Of a DNA stretch of 64,000 nucleotides, positions 1 to 13,971 are shown in pieces. The DNA is from Saccostrea echinata. Lineage: Eukaryota. The notes beneath the pieces are model-generated. The model was not told the DNA's origin. It worked only from the letters and a program-made list of their open reading frames with translations, and made no database searches. Where the stretch lies: contig NW_026889779.1 of assembly GCF_033153115.1 (NCBI RefSeq), positions 9,052,001-9,116,000 of the forward strand. Direction: 5' to 3'. Position 1 is the stretch's first letter. Every line of letters begins with the position of its first letter. The position numbers and the translations under genes are program-made.

Positions 1-589
1 AGATTAAGTTATCTTAAAGATTCAATATAAATTTAAAAAACACAATGTTTCATTAGTTGTTGTTTCTACACGATGGATTTAAAACGTGATCACAGTCTTC
101 ACAGATATTTGTTTTGTTTACATGGTTTATGACCGCAGGTGGCTGGTCGATGGTGACCTCGGCAACGTGGGATCGCGGGTTGTGTTACATAACTAAAAAC
201 ATTTAGGTGAACATGGAGAAATGCGTACTGTTAATGATCATTAATTATTCGATGCTTAAAGTTTAATATTACTTATATAGTTATATAGATACATTTAATT
301 CCTTCCTTTATTTGAAGACGTGTTCCCTTTAAATCTAAATTAAAAAAGAAAAGAAAGTTGTAAAGAATAATTTATGAGTGAACCACAGAACACGTTTAAA
401 ACCTTATTTAGAAGAAAATTAGCATTAAATACAGTAGGGTATATAATTTATTGCAAGTTTGTTAAAGTTATACACATGAAGAGTTCCGATTTACTTGCCG
501 AATGAAAACGCTTACCTGTTTACGGGACCTGCTTTTTACCTACATATTACGACATATTACGCAATACTCGAACAAAACAACATTTGTAT

Positions 590-1207
590 GAGATCAATAA
601 GGTGTTAAAGAACAACTTTAATTCCGAAAGCCATATCGAAATATTTACCGTTTTTGAGTTATAAAGCGAAAACTTTCAAGGGCTCTAGATCCCTAATTTT
701 AGGGGCCAGCCCCTTTTAAATGATATCAAATGAAAGCTCATGCTATTATGCTCAACTTTTATTCTACATGTTTTAACAAAATATTTTTAGTTTTAAAGAT
801 ATAAAGGAAAATATGTCAAAATTTTTGCTCTTTTCCGCGTTCTAACTTTTGACCCCTCTCTAACGCCATTTTTAATGCAAAAATCAAAAAACAAAAACCG
901 ATGTGCACAACTTCAATGCTTCTTCTTTTCAATTTCAAAGGGTTTTGTGCTCCAATTATTACAGTCTCAGAGCCTTTGTCTGGAAACCAGAGGCATAAAA
1001 ATTTCAATCAAAGGGGAATAACTCGTGAACAGAAGGTAATTTCCGAATTGTATTACAGTATTCTGAGAGTGTTTTGCAAAGTCTAAAAGCTCTGAAAATT
1101 TGAACAAAATCCGTTCAGAAATGAGGAAGATATGAAGCTTCAAAGTTGGCGTCTAGGAAAAAAAAAAAAAGAATAATAAGAATAATCTTAACCATCAGAA
1201 TCAGTAG

Positions 1208-1238
<31 letters not shown>
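590..1238 (+). mobile_element. 3' part of a non-autonomous Helentron-type element
   Basis: Ends in an (AAT)-rich tract and the hairpin AAGGTCTTCCGTTggAAACGGAAGACCTT (~1208-1236). The internal ggggccagccccttt motif also occurs in the element at 53839-55635. Left boundary approximate. Confidence 0.6.
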
Positions 1239-1962
1239 ATAGGATAAAATTACGACAGCGATTAAATGCCAGCCTAGTCGTTACACAAATTAACTGCTGA
1301 ATACATTTTTCTAATTATTTTTACATAATTGCATAATATTGTCTAAACTCAATCTTTTTCAGGATTTCTGGAAAGCAATTGACTGTCTTAATAAAAAATA
1401 TAAGGAGCATGCACTTAATTAAAGAGAAATCTTCTTCATATTCCAAAAAAAACATTAGTATGATTCACCGACCTGACATAATAATTTTTTTTGTTGGTTA
1501 AAAATGCACGCCTTTCGGGGAGCCTGATAGGACATTACTTATGTTCTAACTTGGATCGCCTGATTTTTCTTTTATGAGCAAAATCTTTTTTTTTTCTAAG
1601 ATAAACAGTTCTAGATCTGCGGTTTATTTTTCAAAAAATGGACATAAGCATAAGATTATTGATTCAATTGCCCTAAACCTCATATTCACTGGACCAGGAA
1701 GTTGTCAAGGACTGTACAAATATGGTCATCGAAGGGATGTCACTAGTACTTATAAAATATTATATTGAAAGGATTAAATATTTGATGACGAAAGAGTAGA
1801 CAGTTTTTCATGGAAAACGAATTTATATTGTCAAGTTGGAACAAAATTTGATAGTCTGACGTCAATCCCACTAAACATGGGATTGGACTGTAGATTGTCA
1901 GAAACCCTTCAAAATTTGAATGAATCATTTTGAGAGCTTGAAACATAATCACACAACAATAA

Positions 1963-1965
<3 letters not shown>

Positions 1966-2032
<67 letters not shown>
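1966..2032. repeat. (TA)n microsatellite
   Basis: Perfect TA dinucleotide run of ~33 units. It explains the spurious YIYIYI ORFs. Confidence 0.98.
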
Positions 2033-2036
<4 letters not shown>

Positions 2037-2053
2037 ATCTTACTAAGAGAAAC

Positions 2054-2890
2054 TTTTTATGCCCCCGTATCGAAGATTCGGAGGTATATAGTTTTTGCCC
2101 TGTCCGTCCGTCTGTCTTGCTGTTTGTCCGCAAAAACTTTAACCTTGCCCATATCTTTTGATTGGTTAAAGCTATGGCTTTCATATTTCACATGTGTATT
2201 CCTTGTGACAAGACCTTTCTTTGGGTACCACCATATTTGACCTTTTGACCTTGGAGTTTGACCCAGTTTTGCAAAATTTTACCAAACTTTAACCTTGGCC
2301 ATAACTTTTGAACAGTTGGTGCTAGGACTTTCATATTTCACATGTGTAATCCTTGTGACAAGACCTTCCGTTGGATACCAACAACTTTGACCCTTAGACC
2401 TTGACCTTGGAGTTTAACCTACTTTTGGAAAACTTTAACCTTGGCCATAACTTTTGAACAGTTTGTGCTACGGCTTTCATACTTTATGTAATCCTTGTGA
2501 CAAGACCTTTCTTTGGATACTAACAACTTTGACCCTTTGACCTTGGAGTTTGACCTACTTTTGGAAAACTTTAACCTTGATCATAACTTTTGAAAGATTG
2601 GTGTTTCGGCTTTCATATTTCACCTGTGTATTTCTTGGGAAAAGGCCTTTCCTTGGGCACCATTAATTTAGACCATTTGACCTTGACCTTGATGTTTGAC
2701 ATACTTTTGAAAAAACGTTAACCTTTTCCATATCTATTCTATGGTTGCTACTGTGGCTTTATATTTCACAGATATATTCCTCGAGACAAGACCTTACTTT
2801 GGGCACCAACATATTTGATTTGCATTTGAGAAAGTTTAACCTTTGCTATAAGTTGTCAGGGGCATCAGTGTTTCACAAACACATCTTGCT
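2054..2890 (-). mobile_element. Non-autonomous Helentron-type element with an internal ~125-bp tandem array
   Basis: Starts ttttatgcccccg..., has a (CTGT/CCGT)n microsatellite, repeated gaccttgaccttggagtttgacctacttttggaaaactttaaccttggccataac units, and ends ggggcatcagtgtttcacaaacacatcttg. An inverted relative lies at 31160-32112. Confidence 0.75.
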
Positions 2891-5178
2891 CTATTTTGAT
2901 TTTTGTACTTCTTCTTGAGTTGTCATTCAAAAAATTTGGATCAATTTGCTTCCTTTTCTTCTGTTGAAGATTTCATTGTGGGGTAATTGACGGTGTCAAT
3001 TTTAAACAATATTTTATTCGCAAAAATGGGATTGGGCAGGCAGCAAGCTCAGCCTATTTTAGTCATCTCTCAACTGTGTTATAAGTTAATTATGGCCCTC
3101 ATCCCTGGGTCTTGAAAGGCGGGGCATCTTCTCTAAAATTATACCTTAAAAATCTCCTATAGTCCTGAACAGCAATCAGGCGAAAAGCCAGTTTTAAAAA
3201 TATGTTGTAGTTAAATTTTGAAAATCACCCTCTTAATCCAGACAAAGGCTCAAGTATGGACTATAAAATTTGAACAAGATATAAACATTACACTTATTTT
3301 ATTTTAACCAACATTTTTCAAATAAAAATATTGTAATACACTGTTTATACATGCAGCACTAAGTCTGATTAAGTTTTGTATATTTAACTGAATGTGCAAT
3401 TTTTGTTCACTAAATTTAATAATGTCCACCGAGGCCAACTTTAAAATAATGTTTTTTTGCCCTCTCCCGACTTAGGATGAAAAACTTGGGTCGGTAGGTA
3501 GGTGGGAGCAAATGTCAACATCAATGTTGAATTTTTAAAATCTATTCTCCAGAATGCATAAAAAATTATAGGTTTCAAGAGGTTAAAAAAGGTCTTGAGT
3601 CGGGCCATTTTTTGCCAGTTGGTCGGGTGAGGGTAAACAAACGCATTTTACAGATAGCCTGAATTATATGATAGTGACTGTATCGGATCTATGATTGATT
3701 CTTTAAAATAAAGTCTTCCATTCTGTTTTCATTGCCTTGAAAGTACTTTATGAAAAATGTCGGATGTGAAAACTGTAAAATGTCGGAAATGAACAGTTGA
3801 ATGTTTAAAAAAAAAAAAATCCGGAAATCAAATGAACCTCTTAGCTGTTTTTCTAGTGCCCATCAATATTCTTTTAAGGTAATGTGAGAGTTCTGTTATA
3901 GTCATCGACCTTTGCTTTGGTTAGGGATGCAAAACATTTCAGAGGCCATGGTTTGGTCACAATTCTGACAGGTATCACCCAAAAGGAAGGAGCTTAACAT
4001 ACTTTTTTTACCTGCTCCACTTTACTCTGTGTGCGCAGACAGCGGCGTGACAGGACTAAATGGACTATAATCACTAAGTTTGTCGCCTGTACAAGTTGAC
4101 AAATTCTTTACCGCACAAATGCACACCTAGGTAAACAGCTAATATCTACACAGAAATTTTTGCCCCGAGCAACTTCAGATGATAAGAAAGGTCTCTGTGT
4201 TTACTGTACATCTTTGGTCTGTTGTGGCTATCTCAGGTGTATTTGTTAGGGGCATGTGAATTATGACTGTTCCTAAACCAGTCATCGACAAAAACGAAAA
4301 GTTTTCATGCATCCGGATTTAGACAACATGGACGACTATGTTTTGAATTGTTTTACTATGAAATTATATACAGTTCGTTAGTTTACAAAATGTAAACGCC
4401 AACTTTTATAAGTTATACAAAGAAAAGAAAAAAAACCCATAAAAATCGTAAAACACTCCATATATTTTGGCAAGGAACATTGTAAACTTACTGCAACGAG
4501 TAGAACTCCTGATATGTAAGTAAAACAAATAATTCACATTCCGTTATTATAATTTCAAATTCAGCATTCATAGTTTTACAAAATGTCAAAGCTAAATCAA
4601 AAATAATGGTCACCGATTAGATGAATAGCACCATTACTGTGTGTAACTTCACATCAATGTTAATCACAGCGATTTACGAATAATGCCACGAAGCATACAA
4701 TTACGCCAAAAATACAAAATAAACAAACCGATTCTGCGACTGAAAAAATGTACATTGTATATCTATACAAAAACGGTTAATATCTTCGAATGTGAGTCGT
4801 TTTAAAAAATGCACTGGACCTTTACAAAAATCATGTTACTGATACCGGTAAGAAATGAGACACAACCCGACTATATATAACTGTTCCGTCTATTAATTTT
4901 CAACCTAAAGTTGAAAATTAATTTGTCATGTAATACATGTATATTTTTTTTTTTCAAATTCAGACTGACAATTAAGAAACGACATAACCATAGCACCTAA
5001 TAAAATTGTCTCTCCGATCAAAATTCGAAAGCATTCCTTCACATGAGCACTTTCCATCTTCTGGTATTCACAGTCTTGGGACTGTGGTCATGTCACTTCC
5101 GGGGAATCCGAAACACAATGGAAGTCGGACGAACTCTTCGTACCCCCTCGGTATTTGAGCAAGCACTCACTTGCAGAT

Positions 5179-6424
5179 CTAAGCTGAGCTGTTGTGAAGA
5201 TGGCCTCCTTCAAGAGGTTCTTTCTCGCTGTTCAAGAGAGGCTCGTCAATGTTGTTTGAATGTGGCTTGTGTTTGTCCTTAAAAATTTTCCAGAGTTCGT
5301 GCAACAGATCTGTAACAACCAGATTTGTGGAGTTTTTAGAAATCACATACATAAGGAATATACCGTCATTTCTGAGATATTCCCTGGAGAATTTAGCGCA
5401 CAACTTCTTATCGAAACCTGTATTGATTTCATTGTTTATTTTCAGGTACTTTTTAACATATTGCACTTTATTATTTTGGTATAGCTGGTAGAACAACCAT
5501 TTTAAAAGATTTATAGCTGTCAGGAAAGCGATTAGAAAAAACCAAAACCACAGGAAAATAAAGATTTTCTCGTTGAATAGATTAACAGGAAGTACGCATT
5601 GCACTGTCCAACGCTGAAGATTCTGTAGTTGTCTGATCTGAAAGTCGCATAGGGTCACGCGTGGAAATCGCGGAGACTCCATCATCGGTTCATTGTCAAT
5701 CAAATTTTGAATCACTTCAAAACCGTAAAGGTTGTACTTCGTTGCCATGAACGCATTAAGGATGAAAAATTGTCCAATTACGTTAGCCATGTAGACAACC
5801 TTGATTGTGATGAAGAGACCTATTAGATATGTCCCACCTCGGCGGTCACAGATGAAGAAGCAAAACCTCTCTGCTTTTTTCTTGGCACGGACAAAGATAT
5901 TGTTTCTGTACTCCTGGTAAGTTCCCAGCCACTTGTCCAGGTAGCTGGCGAGATTTTTGATCGCTTCCGCTCTATCATCGGGAGAACCAAGTTGAGTTTC
6001 CTCCGCCATGGCGACAATCTTATCCAGATTCACACCGGAAGCGCTATGAGTAAATCGCCAGAAAAGATTCGGGACTTTAAACATTAGCGCCTGGAAAAGT
6101 AGAATGATGGGTACCCACTGATAGTATGTTATTTCCGCTTCCTGTCGCGTACGAATATCAATTGGAATGGTTTCCTCCATGGGAATATAGTACGTATTAG
6201 AAATCCAGCAGATGTATGTAGTGTAGGCTTCATATGCATCTGTAAATTCGGCCGGGCACCAGCACTGAATTGGTTCGCCCACAAATTGGCCCGTACTGAC
6301 GACAACAGCGAAGATAACAAGGAGGATAACTGTGTAACGATGATTGAGACGATCAATCCAGTCATCGTTGTTGGTCCCCCGGAGTTTAGAGATAGAGGGA
6401 ACCGCGCCTAATATACCTTCCACC
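5179..6424 (-). CDS. Innexin (gap-junction protein, unc-9-like), main coding exon
   Basis: Contains the innexin signatures DDWIDRL, CWCPAEF, YYQWVP, FPRVTLC and NEKIFIFLWFW, with four hydrophobic segments. The ORF 'start' is GTG, preceded by the acceptor ttttttag|G at 6424, so the true N-terminus comes from an upstream phase-2 exon. Confidence 0.96.
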
Positions 6425-7502
6425 CTAAAAAATAGAAGACAGAGGGATGTAGAAATTACATCAATGATTGATTTAGTATTTTAGTTTTGTACATCTTTTA
6501 TATGAATTAAACTGATTCCTCGTTTATTCTTTAAATGTTCTAAAAGAATATCGTCGACTTATACTTAAGTTTTATATCTCTGAGTATTTAATTTAATAGT
6601 TTTGAGTAAGAACACAAAAACAGTCAAAATTATTATGATATGTATAATTAATAGTATGTATAGTGACGTTGTTTTGTAGCAAAAATTACTTAATAAAATA
6701 CAAAATACCTAAAATATTTAAAAAAGACTAGGTAACTGCATTTTCCCAAACTGTTTGAGTAGGTAAATTTACAACACTCAAAAACCTATAAACTTAAGAT
6801 TTAAAGGCATATTTAAAAGGGGACGTTTGTTTGTCCAAGGGCGTGAGCTCTTGACAAGCACATATGTTTGAGACTTCCTGCACTAGTCCATTTAAGTTAC
6901 TTTTTATCTGTGTGTAGGCTGATATATCAGATAGATCGTGATAATTCTTTCACCTGTTCCCCTTTTTAAAGTTTCTTTTTAAAAATCATATTAATCAAGC
7001 GCGATCAATTTATCGATTTAATAAACACCTATCAATAGGTGAATAAAACCCCTTTTCGTTATAAGTAAATTGCCCATATTTAAAATTCCATTCTATTTAT
7101 GAACATATAACAGAAAAATCGAGCAAAACATTGCGTGGGTTCATCACCTGTCACGTTTACCTTTCTTGTATTAAATAATCTGAATAATTTTAAATAAACA
7201 TGAAATTTACCGGTTTCTATTACAACCTATTGACAATAGCAAAGAACTTTCAATATGATTTTGCAAAATGATTCAACTATAAATATCAAACTTTAAAAAA
7301 AAAAAACAACAACAACAACAGCCATGCATGCACACGCAAGTGGTTTTTTGCAAATTAACAATCAAATCAAAAGTTAATCCTTTCAAAATTATACAAAGAG
7401 TAAAAAAAAAAATTAAAAGGTGTTAGAAAATTCTAATTTATTCAAATTAAGCATTAGGGAACAACTCGCTAGTAAGAAGAGCGGATCCAACAATATACTC
7501 AC

Positions 7503-7529
7503 GCCGTGGGCGATGCCAAAGGAAAAAAG
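7503..7529 (-). CDS. Candidate 27-nt symmetric (phase 2-2) microexon of innexin 1, encoding (x)FFPLASPTA
   Basis: Long polypyrimidine tract, then cctttag|C TTT TTT CCT TTG GCA TCG CCC ACG GC|gtgagt. Frame-compatible with the acceptor at 6424. Confidence 0.6.
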
Positions 7530-7725
7530 CTAAAGGACGGGACAAAACAAAAAATTCAAAAACGACTGACGAAGTTTCGGCCTAGCTGACTTTATACTCT
7601 TTTTTCTGTTTGTGGTACAAACGAAGACTGGTTATTTTCAAACTAAGCAAAAAAACTAAGCCGTCAGGCAGCGGTTGATTAGTTAACGTTAGTTGAGTTG
7701 TTCAGACGGTTATTTGTATACTTAC

Positions 7726-7835
7726 GCCGTTGGGTCTCCCCCAATATCATAGATCTTGTGTCTATGGAAACCGGCGGAAATATTTTTAACACTAAACTTA
7801 TCATTTTGCAGCAATAAACTGGCAAAAACCTTCAT
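7726..7835 (-). CDS. Candidate alternative first coding exon of innexin 1 (MKVFASLLLQNDKFSVKNISAGFHRHKIYDIGGDPTA)
   Basis: ATG at 7835, 36 open codons, then GC|gtaagt. Phase 2 joins in frame to G GTG GAA at 6424. Confidence 0.65.
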
Positions 7836-8815
7836 AATTTTCTGTGTTTAGACACCCCCACACCCTTTACATTTAAATTCAACAAATCCTTGGAATTTTT
7901 TCACTACAACTTGAAATTATCACACTTTTCTGTCATAAATTTGTGTTAATTTTACTTACATGTAGGAAACACACCCTATCTAACGCTGATCTTGTAAGAA
8001 TATGAACTTATAAAAGAGCTAACTTTTATATTGTGAAACTTTAAAAGCTTAAGTACAGGGATTTCGCAATATCTGTACAACTGTACCTTATCCATTCTCT
8101 AGCGGAAATTTCTAAGTAGATATAAACGGTACAAAATGTTAGTTACATTTTGTATGTTCTAATATATACACACCAGGATTTTCCACTTAATTTGGTGAAT
8201 TTGAACTGAAAACAATTTAAACCATAAATAAAATTGATTCACACCACTGCTCCTCTACATCTAATTTATGTGTGTTCAATGGAGTATGCCTTATAAATGT
8301 GTCACCATTTTCCAATGCCCCACTTTATCACAACGAAGAGAGATATGGACCTAGAATATTAAATGGTACTTCATCAAATGCGACATGTGTGCGATAAACA
8401 TTCGTTATACTTATCAATTCAGTCGCCTAGTCAAAGATAGTTGTACCAATAATTTAGGGATAGGATAAGTCTCCAACCCTAGCATTTTTTAAAAATCTTT
8501 TTTTAAAAGTATTTTTTGCCTAAGGGCTTAACGCATCTTCTCTTAAACTCCATTCCATGTATTTTTTTTTTTAAATTTTAACTGGTATACACATTCAGAA
8601 AAATGCTGAAGGTTTGCATAAAAGTGCACACATCCGGAAGGTGAAAACTAAACACAATGTTTAACCTACCTGTAACCCTGAAATACAATATACATGTGCT
8701 AAAACAATCATAACAATCATTTACAATTTGTCCTCAAACAAAACCTAAGATATCAACACAAGTTTGTGGTATATACATGTAAATCGGTCTATTAGTCTCG
8801 AATTTGAATACCTAC

Positions 8816-8900
8816 ATGGTTCAGAATACTTCCCCTGATTTGTCCTGGGGTTTATGATCTTCAATACCCACTACACCCGGTCTTGGACCCTCCGTAAGAG
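8816..8900 (-). other. Candidate alternative first exon of innexin 1 ending in a split start codon AT|G
   Basis: tctgaaccAT|gtaggt with an in-frame TGA just upstream. The donor is weaker than consensus and the upstream boundary is unknown. Confidence 0.35.
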
Positions 8901-11900
8901 TGTTCGGTCAAAAGTTCCACAAAAGTCCCCCAATTCACGTCTCACTTATCAATGGAAACCAAACAGACGAGAAGTAAACATTTCTCTGATTTAGTCACAC
9001 ACACACCCACAAATTTGATGTCACGCTTGGTCTGAGCGGATACTCAGTAAGGTACAGTCAAGAAAAAATGTGCTGTTCTGCGGGTTTTTAAAAATCTCGA
9101 GCAGAAATCCTGATAAATTATGATCCCCGTTAGGCCCGTGCACCTTTATTCTCAAGTTACAGGTATCACAACTTCTGTGGAGGTTTGGTATACATGTATG
9201 TAGGTGATCATGGTAGATTTTTTGTACAAAAAGGAGAGATGAATCATTTTTGTTACGTCATGAATAACTTGTCGAATGTATAGTCCCCTACATCAAGTAT
9301 CAAATTCTTGACATATATAGATCTTGTTTTATGGTGTTTACACCTTATTTGTTTTTTGTACAAATAGAATGGGACCGGTCATTCACCCTTTTCTACCCGT
9401 ACGGTAGACAGCGGTGTAACGTAGAAAAGCTTGCCATCTTTGTATTTATTGTAATCATTAATAACATAATTAAATTTGATTTTCAAAAATTCATAAAAAA
9501 TGACCATTTTCAACCTCAAATTGAAAATCAAGGACAAAAGTGAGATTCAAAAGAACACTTTGTAACATTTGTTTCTGTGGTCAACAATCTAAAAGGAATG
9601 TTCAGACAAGAATTAACTTCTACTCAATAGTCTATCATTCGCTCTTTTTTCGTTTGTTTGTCTTTGCCATTCGTTTGTACTTTGAGTTGGGTTGAGCAAC
9701 AAAACCCCACTTAGGAATTAATTTATTACTAGCGTTTACAGCACCAATCCTGAATAAAGTTTTTAAGTACATGTATTGCATACTTTGATGTACCGGTAGT
9801 CACTGGAGTCGAGAATCAGAACGCTGGTAAAAGTACTTCATCAGCTGTTTCAAAACAACTTATATATATCAGATTGTGGGTTTTCCCTCGCTCTTGAAAT
9901 TGAAATTGATAACTAAAGTCTTAAAAACAACCAAAATAGAAAACAACAGTATCACCGGCAACAAAATCAAACAGATTTGTTCTTTTCATTGATGGCGAAG
10001 GAAGAGGTTTAGCGTATGTCTTGGTTTGTTCAGGTCCTTTCTTAGCTGTCCTTTTAGTGAACAATAAAATTGAACCCCATACCTCCTGACTGACAACATG
10101 AACAGACTGGCTGCATAAAAGTTTGTTGTTAAAAAGAGTTGTGCATTTGACAATTTTATTATTTTATTCTGCTGTCAGAGTACAATCTTAAAATAAAATG
10201 GCTTGAGAAAGTGGTAATTGTTTATAAATCTCATGGCGTGACTGTCTGTATTTCGACCAATATCTTTAATACAGCTGAGAATTTTCATTGAAGTAGTCGT
10301 GTATGGAAAAACAGGAAGCGTTATATCTTTTCTCATATTACGTCCTTGAAAACGAGAGAGTTCGTCAGGTTTATTCCCATTCCAATAAAGATCCCCAAAG
10401 AATGAAGTGAATCTGAGAAAGATTTTAAATTTAGATCATTTTAAGTGCGATCATATGCACTGTAAAGGAATTAAAGTTAATTTTCAAAAAAAGACGATGA
10501 TTTCACATGGAAGTCAAAGTTATTTAAAGTTCTGGAGCTAAACCCGGTGATTTAAAGAGGTCAATGTCCAGGGTCTTGATTACATTGAAAGATTAGAACT
10601 GAAAGGAATTGATATCACAAGAAAAAGAATTGAAAATGAACAATAAATAAGGATATCGTTTTTATGAGGATATTGTAATTTTGGTGACACACGATAGAGC
10701 GTTGACACAGATTAGTAAGTACCCCCATAATAAAGAATCTGACATTTTACATCAGTACTGAGGAGAAATAATTGAGTCATATTAATTTTTTCAATTACGA
10801 TTTTGTACATATAATAATGAAAAGAAAATAAGGTCTATTTCAAATGTTATTAATATGAAGAATGAATTTAAACTTGTTGGTCTTTGATTTCGAAAAAAAA
10901 AAACAACACATGATTTATTATTATACATATTCCAAGTATATTTGTGTAAGAAAAAATATGCGTCTTAATCGGAACAATCGACTTTAAATGCGTATTCTGT
11001 GATATCTACATAGTTACATAACTAGCTTCCTAAAATTAAACTCCGAAAACCTGTTTAAATTTGCTGTGTTCATGTACCATGGTAACCGTGTTTATACAGC
11101 CGGGTATTACAAACATGGCTGGTTCAGAATTTGATGACCTGTATGTAACCGAGGATTATAATCTCATACTATCCAAAGTTGATAAATTGGAGATAACCGG
11201 CCAGTATTCAATAACCCCCGACTGTGAGAGGTCAATGGCGTAATAGTTTATGAACCTTTTCAATGTCTTTTTATGTCTCTTTAAGTGTTGATTTGGTAAC
11301 CATGGAAATAATTATAGCATATCACGAATGGTTATTATCCCCCATAAACAGCAGAATGTCCGAAAACTATAGAAATATAACTTTGAACATTTGTTATTCG
11401 GTTACTATGGCTGTGTAATATAGAACATATTGTTTTAGGCACAAGGTCTGTATCAAAGATGCTAAAGAACACTATTTTGGATTGGTTCTAAACAAAAGCA
11501 AGGACATGCAAAAAAATATGTAAAGTTTCTTTGTTTATGACATAATGGCTTTCATGTTTAGGGTTCAATCATTGGGTCATTTCAATAGTTGATCTGCAGA
11601 CTCTTTGTTCTTCCGTTAAATACAAAAACCGACACCCAATATTACATAGTGGAAATTCAATCAGGATTTTTTCTACTACATAAGGACATCTATTTAAATT
11701 CACATGGTTTTTATAAATGATATGCTTACATTCTTTTGTTTGCTTTTGGTTTTTTTAGGTCAAGGAGTCACAGACGGTGTCTGTTTCAACTTTACAGGGT
11801 ATGGATGTGGAAAGGCCAACAAAAACCGCAGCATGTAGGACAAGTTAACAAAAGTCGGGATGCAGAGGAAATGCATTAAAAAAAATATCACAAATTCTTC

Positions 11901-12507
11901 CAGACTGGGTCACGACCCAGATCGATCGTTATTTGATCTATGCTTTGATTTGTAGATAACAGCATGAACATTATCCCAGCGGTTCAACAAGGAGCAACGT
12001 TAGCTAGCTTTGTTTTAATGTTGGAAGATGACGGGTCCATTTTCCGTGGGTAGATTGTTACGTGATATTACATGACCTGGCCTTTTGGTAATTCCTTTAT
12101 AGTTATCTGATTGACAGATCTATTAATTAGCATACAGATAGCAAGAAACTCATTATGATTTAACGTTTAATTAGATTACTTATCGCTGACGCATGGTGCT
12201 AAACTTAGAAGATTTACACATTGTGTTTTGTGATAAGAAACTTTAACATTGTTAATAAACGAGATAAAGAGACTAAGAATCAAGGTACGTACCTTCACAA
12301 ATCGTGACCAAAAAATAAAACAAACTGAAAGCATGAAATATATATATATATAATTAAAAAAATATAGGAAAGATACACCCGATTACCTAACATAACTTTC
12401 TTATGAACCATCGTCGTCCCTTATAGATCATTCAAAGGGTCACTAATTTCAATCTATTTAAAAAAAAAGCTTCATTAACAGAATATGGAGACCTTTGATT
12501 AACTTAC

Positions 12508-12620
12508 ATTTTCGCCGCCTTCTGTCCTCTGTCACGAATTGGACACTAATCCAAAGGGAAGGGAATGGTCAGTTTAAGCGATTATAGACTTCGAACTGCT
12601 TGTTTGCTCAGAGACGTTTG
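12508..12620 (-). other. Candidate alternative first exon of innexin 1 ending in a split start codon AT|G
   Basis: ggcggcgaaaAT|gtaagt: consensus donor, A at -3, in-frame TAG upstream, in a relatively GC-rich patch. Splicing to 6424 gives MVEGILGAVP. Upstream boundary unknown. Confidence 0.55.
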
Positions 12621-13196
12621 TTCACTGTCAGAAAGCGGGAATTCTCCTTATCTCGCGGAAAGATGGCCGTGCTAGGTCAAAACTGGGTCGTTAACGTACA
12701 TCCCATATGCATAATTTTTGGTCTGGTGAAAGGGTACCCCATACAGACTCTCTTGAGCAATTTTAATTTTAACAAAAAAATTTTCTTTTGAAGAAAAATA
12801 TACAATTTACAATCATACCAGATACAAATAAGAAAAATTCAATTCAAGAAATCTCTAAAGTTTTACATACACAAAGTCTTCAGTTATAAAATCTTTGTTT
12901 ATGGTGATTTTTGTTTTATTTTCTTTATCAGATTGTGTGTCCTACAAAACACTTTAAAGGAAGAAAACGTATGAAAAACTTTACAAAAAATTGGACAAAA
13001 AGGAAATATTTTTTCTTTAATTATATTGTAATGGATAATATCCAAAATAAAAAGATATTGTTTTTTATCATTTGATCGATCATTTAATTTTCATTGTTTT
13101 TTTTTTTTTTTTTAATATCTGTTCTGAATACATGGTCTATGTAATATTTTGAGCGTTTTTTTTTCTCTCTCTCTCTCTCTTTGTTGACATTGCGAT

Positions 13197-13971
13197 CAGG
13201 CGCGTAACCAGAATGGAAATGAAGTGTACGCAGAGAACGGCAGGGTGTCTGGGGCCGCCTTGACCCCCCCCCCCCCCGATAGTGGGTCCAGGACGAAACC
13301 CTGATGGGGGCCTAGGGGGCGGAGCCCCCGGAAGCTCCTGAGTTTTATCATATATTTCACTCATTTTCTTGTAAAATAAAAATTATGCCATTTCGCCTTA
13401 ATTTTAGAAAATAAAAGACATAGTAATATTGTTTTTAACGCAAAGTTTATACTTCCATGTAAATTTATTGTACGTGCAGTTGAGGCTATATATTTTACTG
13501 TTATTTTGGTATCATAAACTCTTTATTAACGTTCAACAACAAGTATAATAAATGTTAGTTATTAACAAAGAATGCCGTATTTTAATCATTTGAATAGGAG
13601 TAGATCATAGCATTCAACGAAATGTTTGAATTATGATTTCTCAAAGATCTTTTTAAAAAAATATCCGTGTATCATAGAACAATTACAGATTAATCAATTA
13701 TTTATTTGGATTTGTCAATTATTTAATAAAAAAAATTCAAATTTGATTATAAAGACATGATAATATTAAATTTGATTCGAAACAGTATGACACAAAACAA
13801 TATGAAACACAAAAAATTGTTGGATGGTACCGAGATTTTTTTTCAGAATAACCTTCCGTCTCTCTCTCTCTCTTCTAATTAAAAAAAAAATTCTTTATTT
13901 ATTCATTTATTTTATTTTCGAAAATGATGTGTACGCACTTGCGTATTTGCGTATAGGCAGCTACGCGCCTG
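13197..13971. mobile_element. MITE with GC-rich ends
   Basis: TIR CAGGCGCGTA.../...TACGCGCCTG, flanked on both sides by the 5-bp direct repeat GCGAT. Confidence 0.7.

Noticed and set aside
1909-2240. ORFs with YIYIYI repeats
   Set aside because: Translation of a (TA)n microsatellite and adjacent repeat.
5165-5181. Stop-codon read-through or 3' UTR intron of innexin 1 (GTGAGT 8 nt after TAG)
   Set aside because: A second in-frame stop follows within four codons and I identified no partner acceptor.
11724-11735. Further AT|gtaag split-start donors (~11730 and ~7960) for innexin 1
   Set aside because: There is no supporting context and such 7-mers are expected by chance in AT-rich DNA. The 7960 site is part of the common tacatgta motif.
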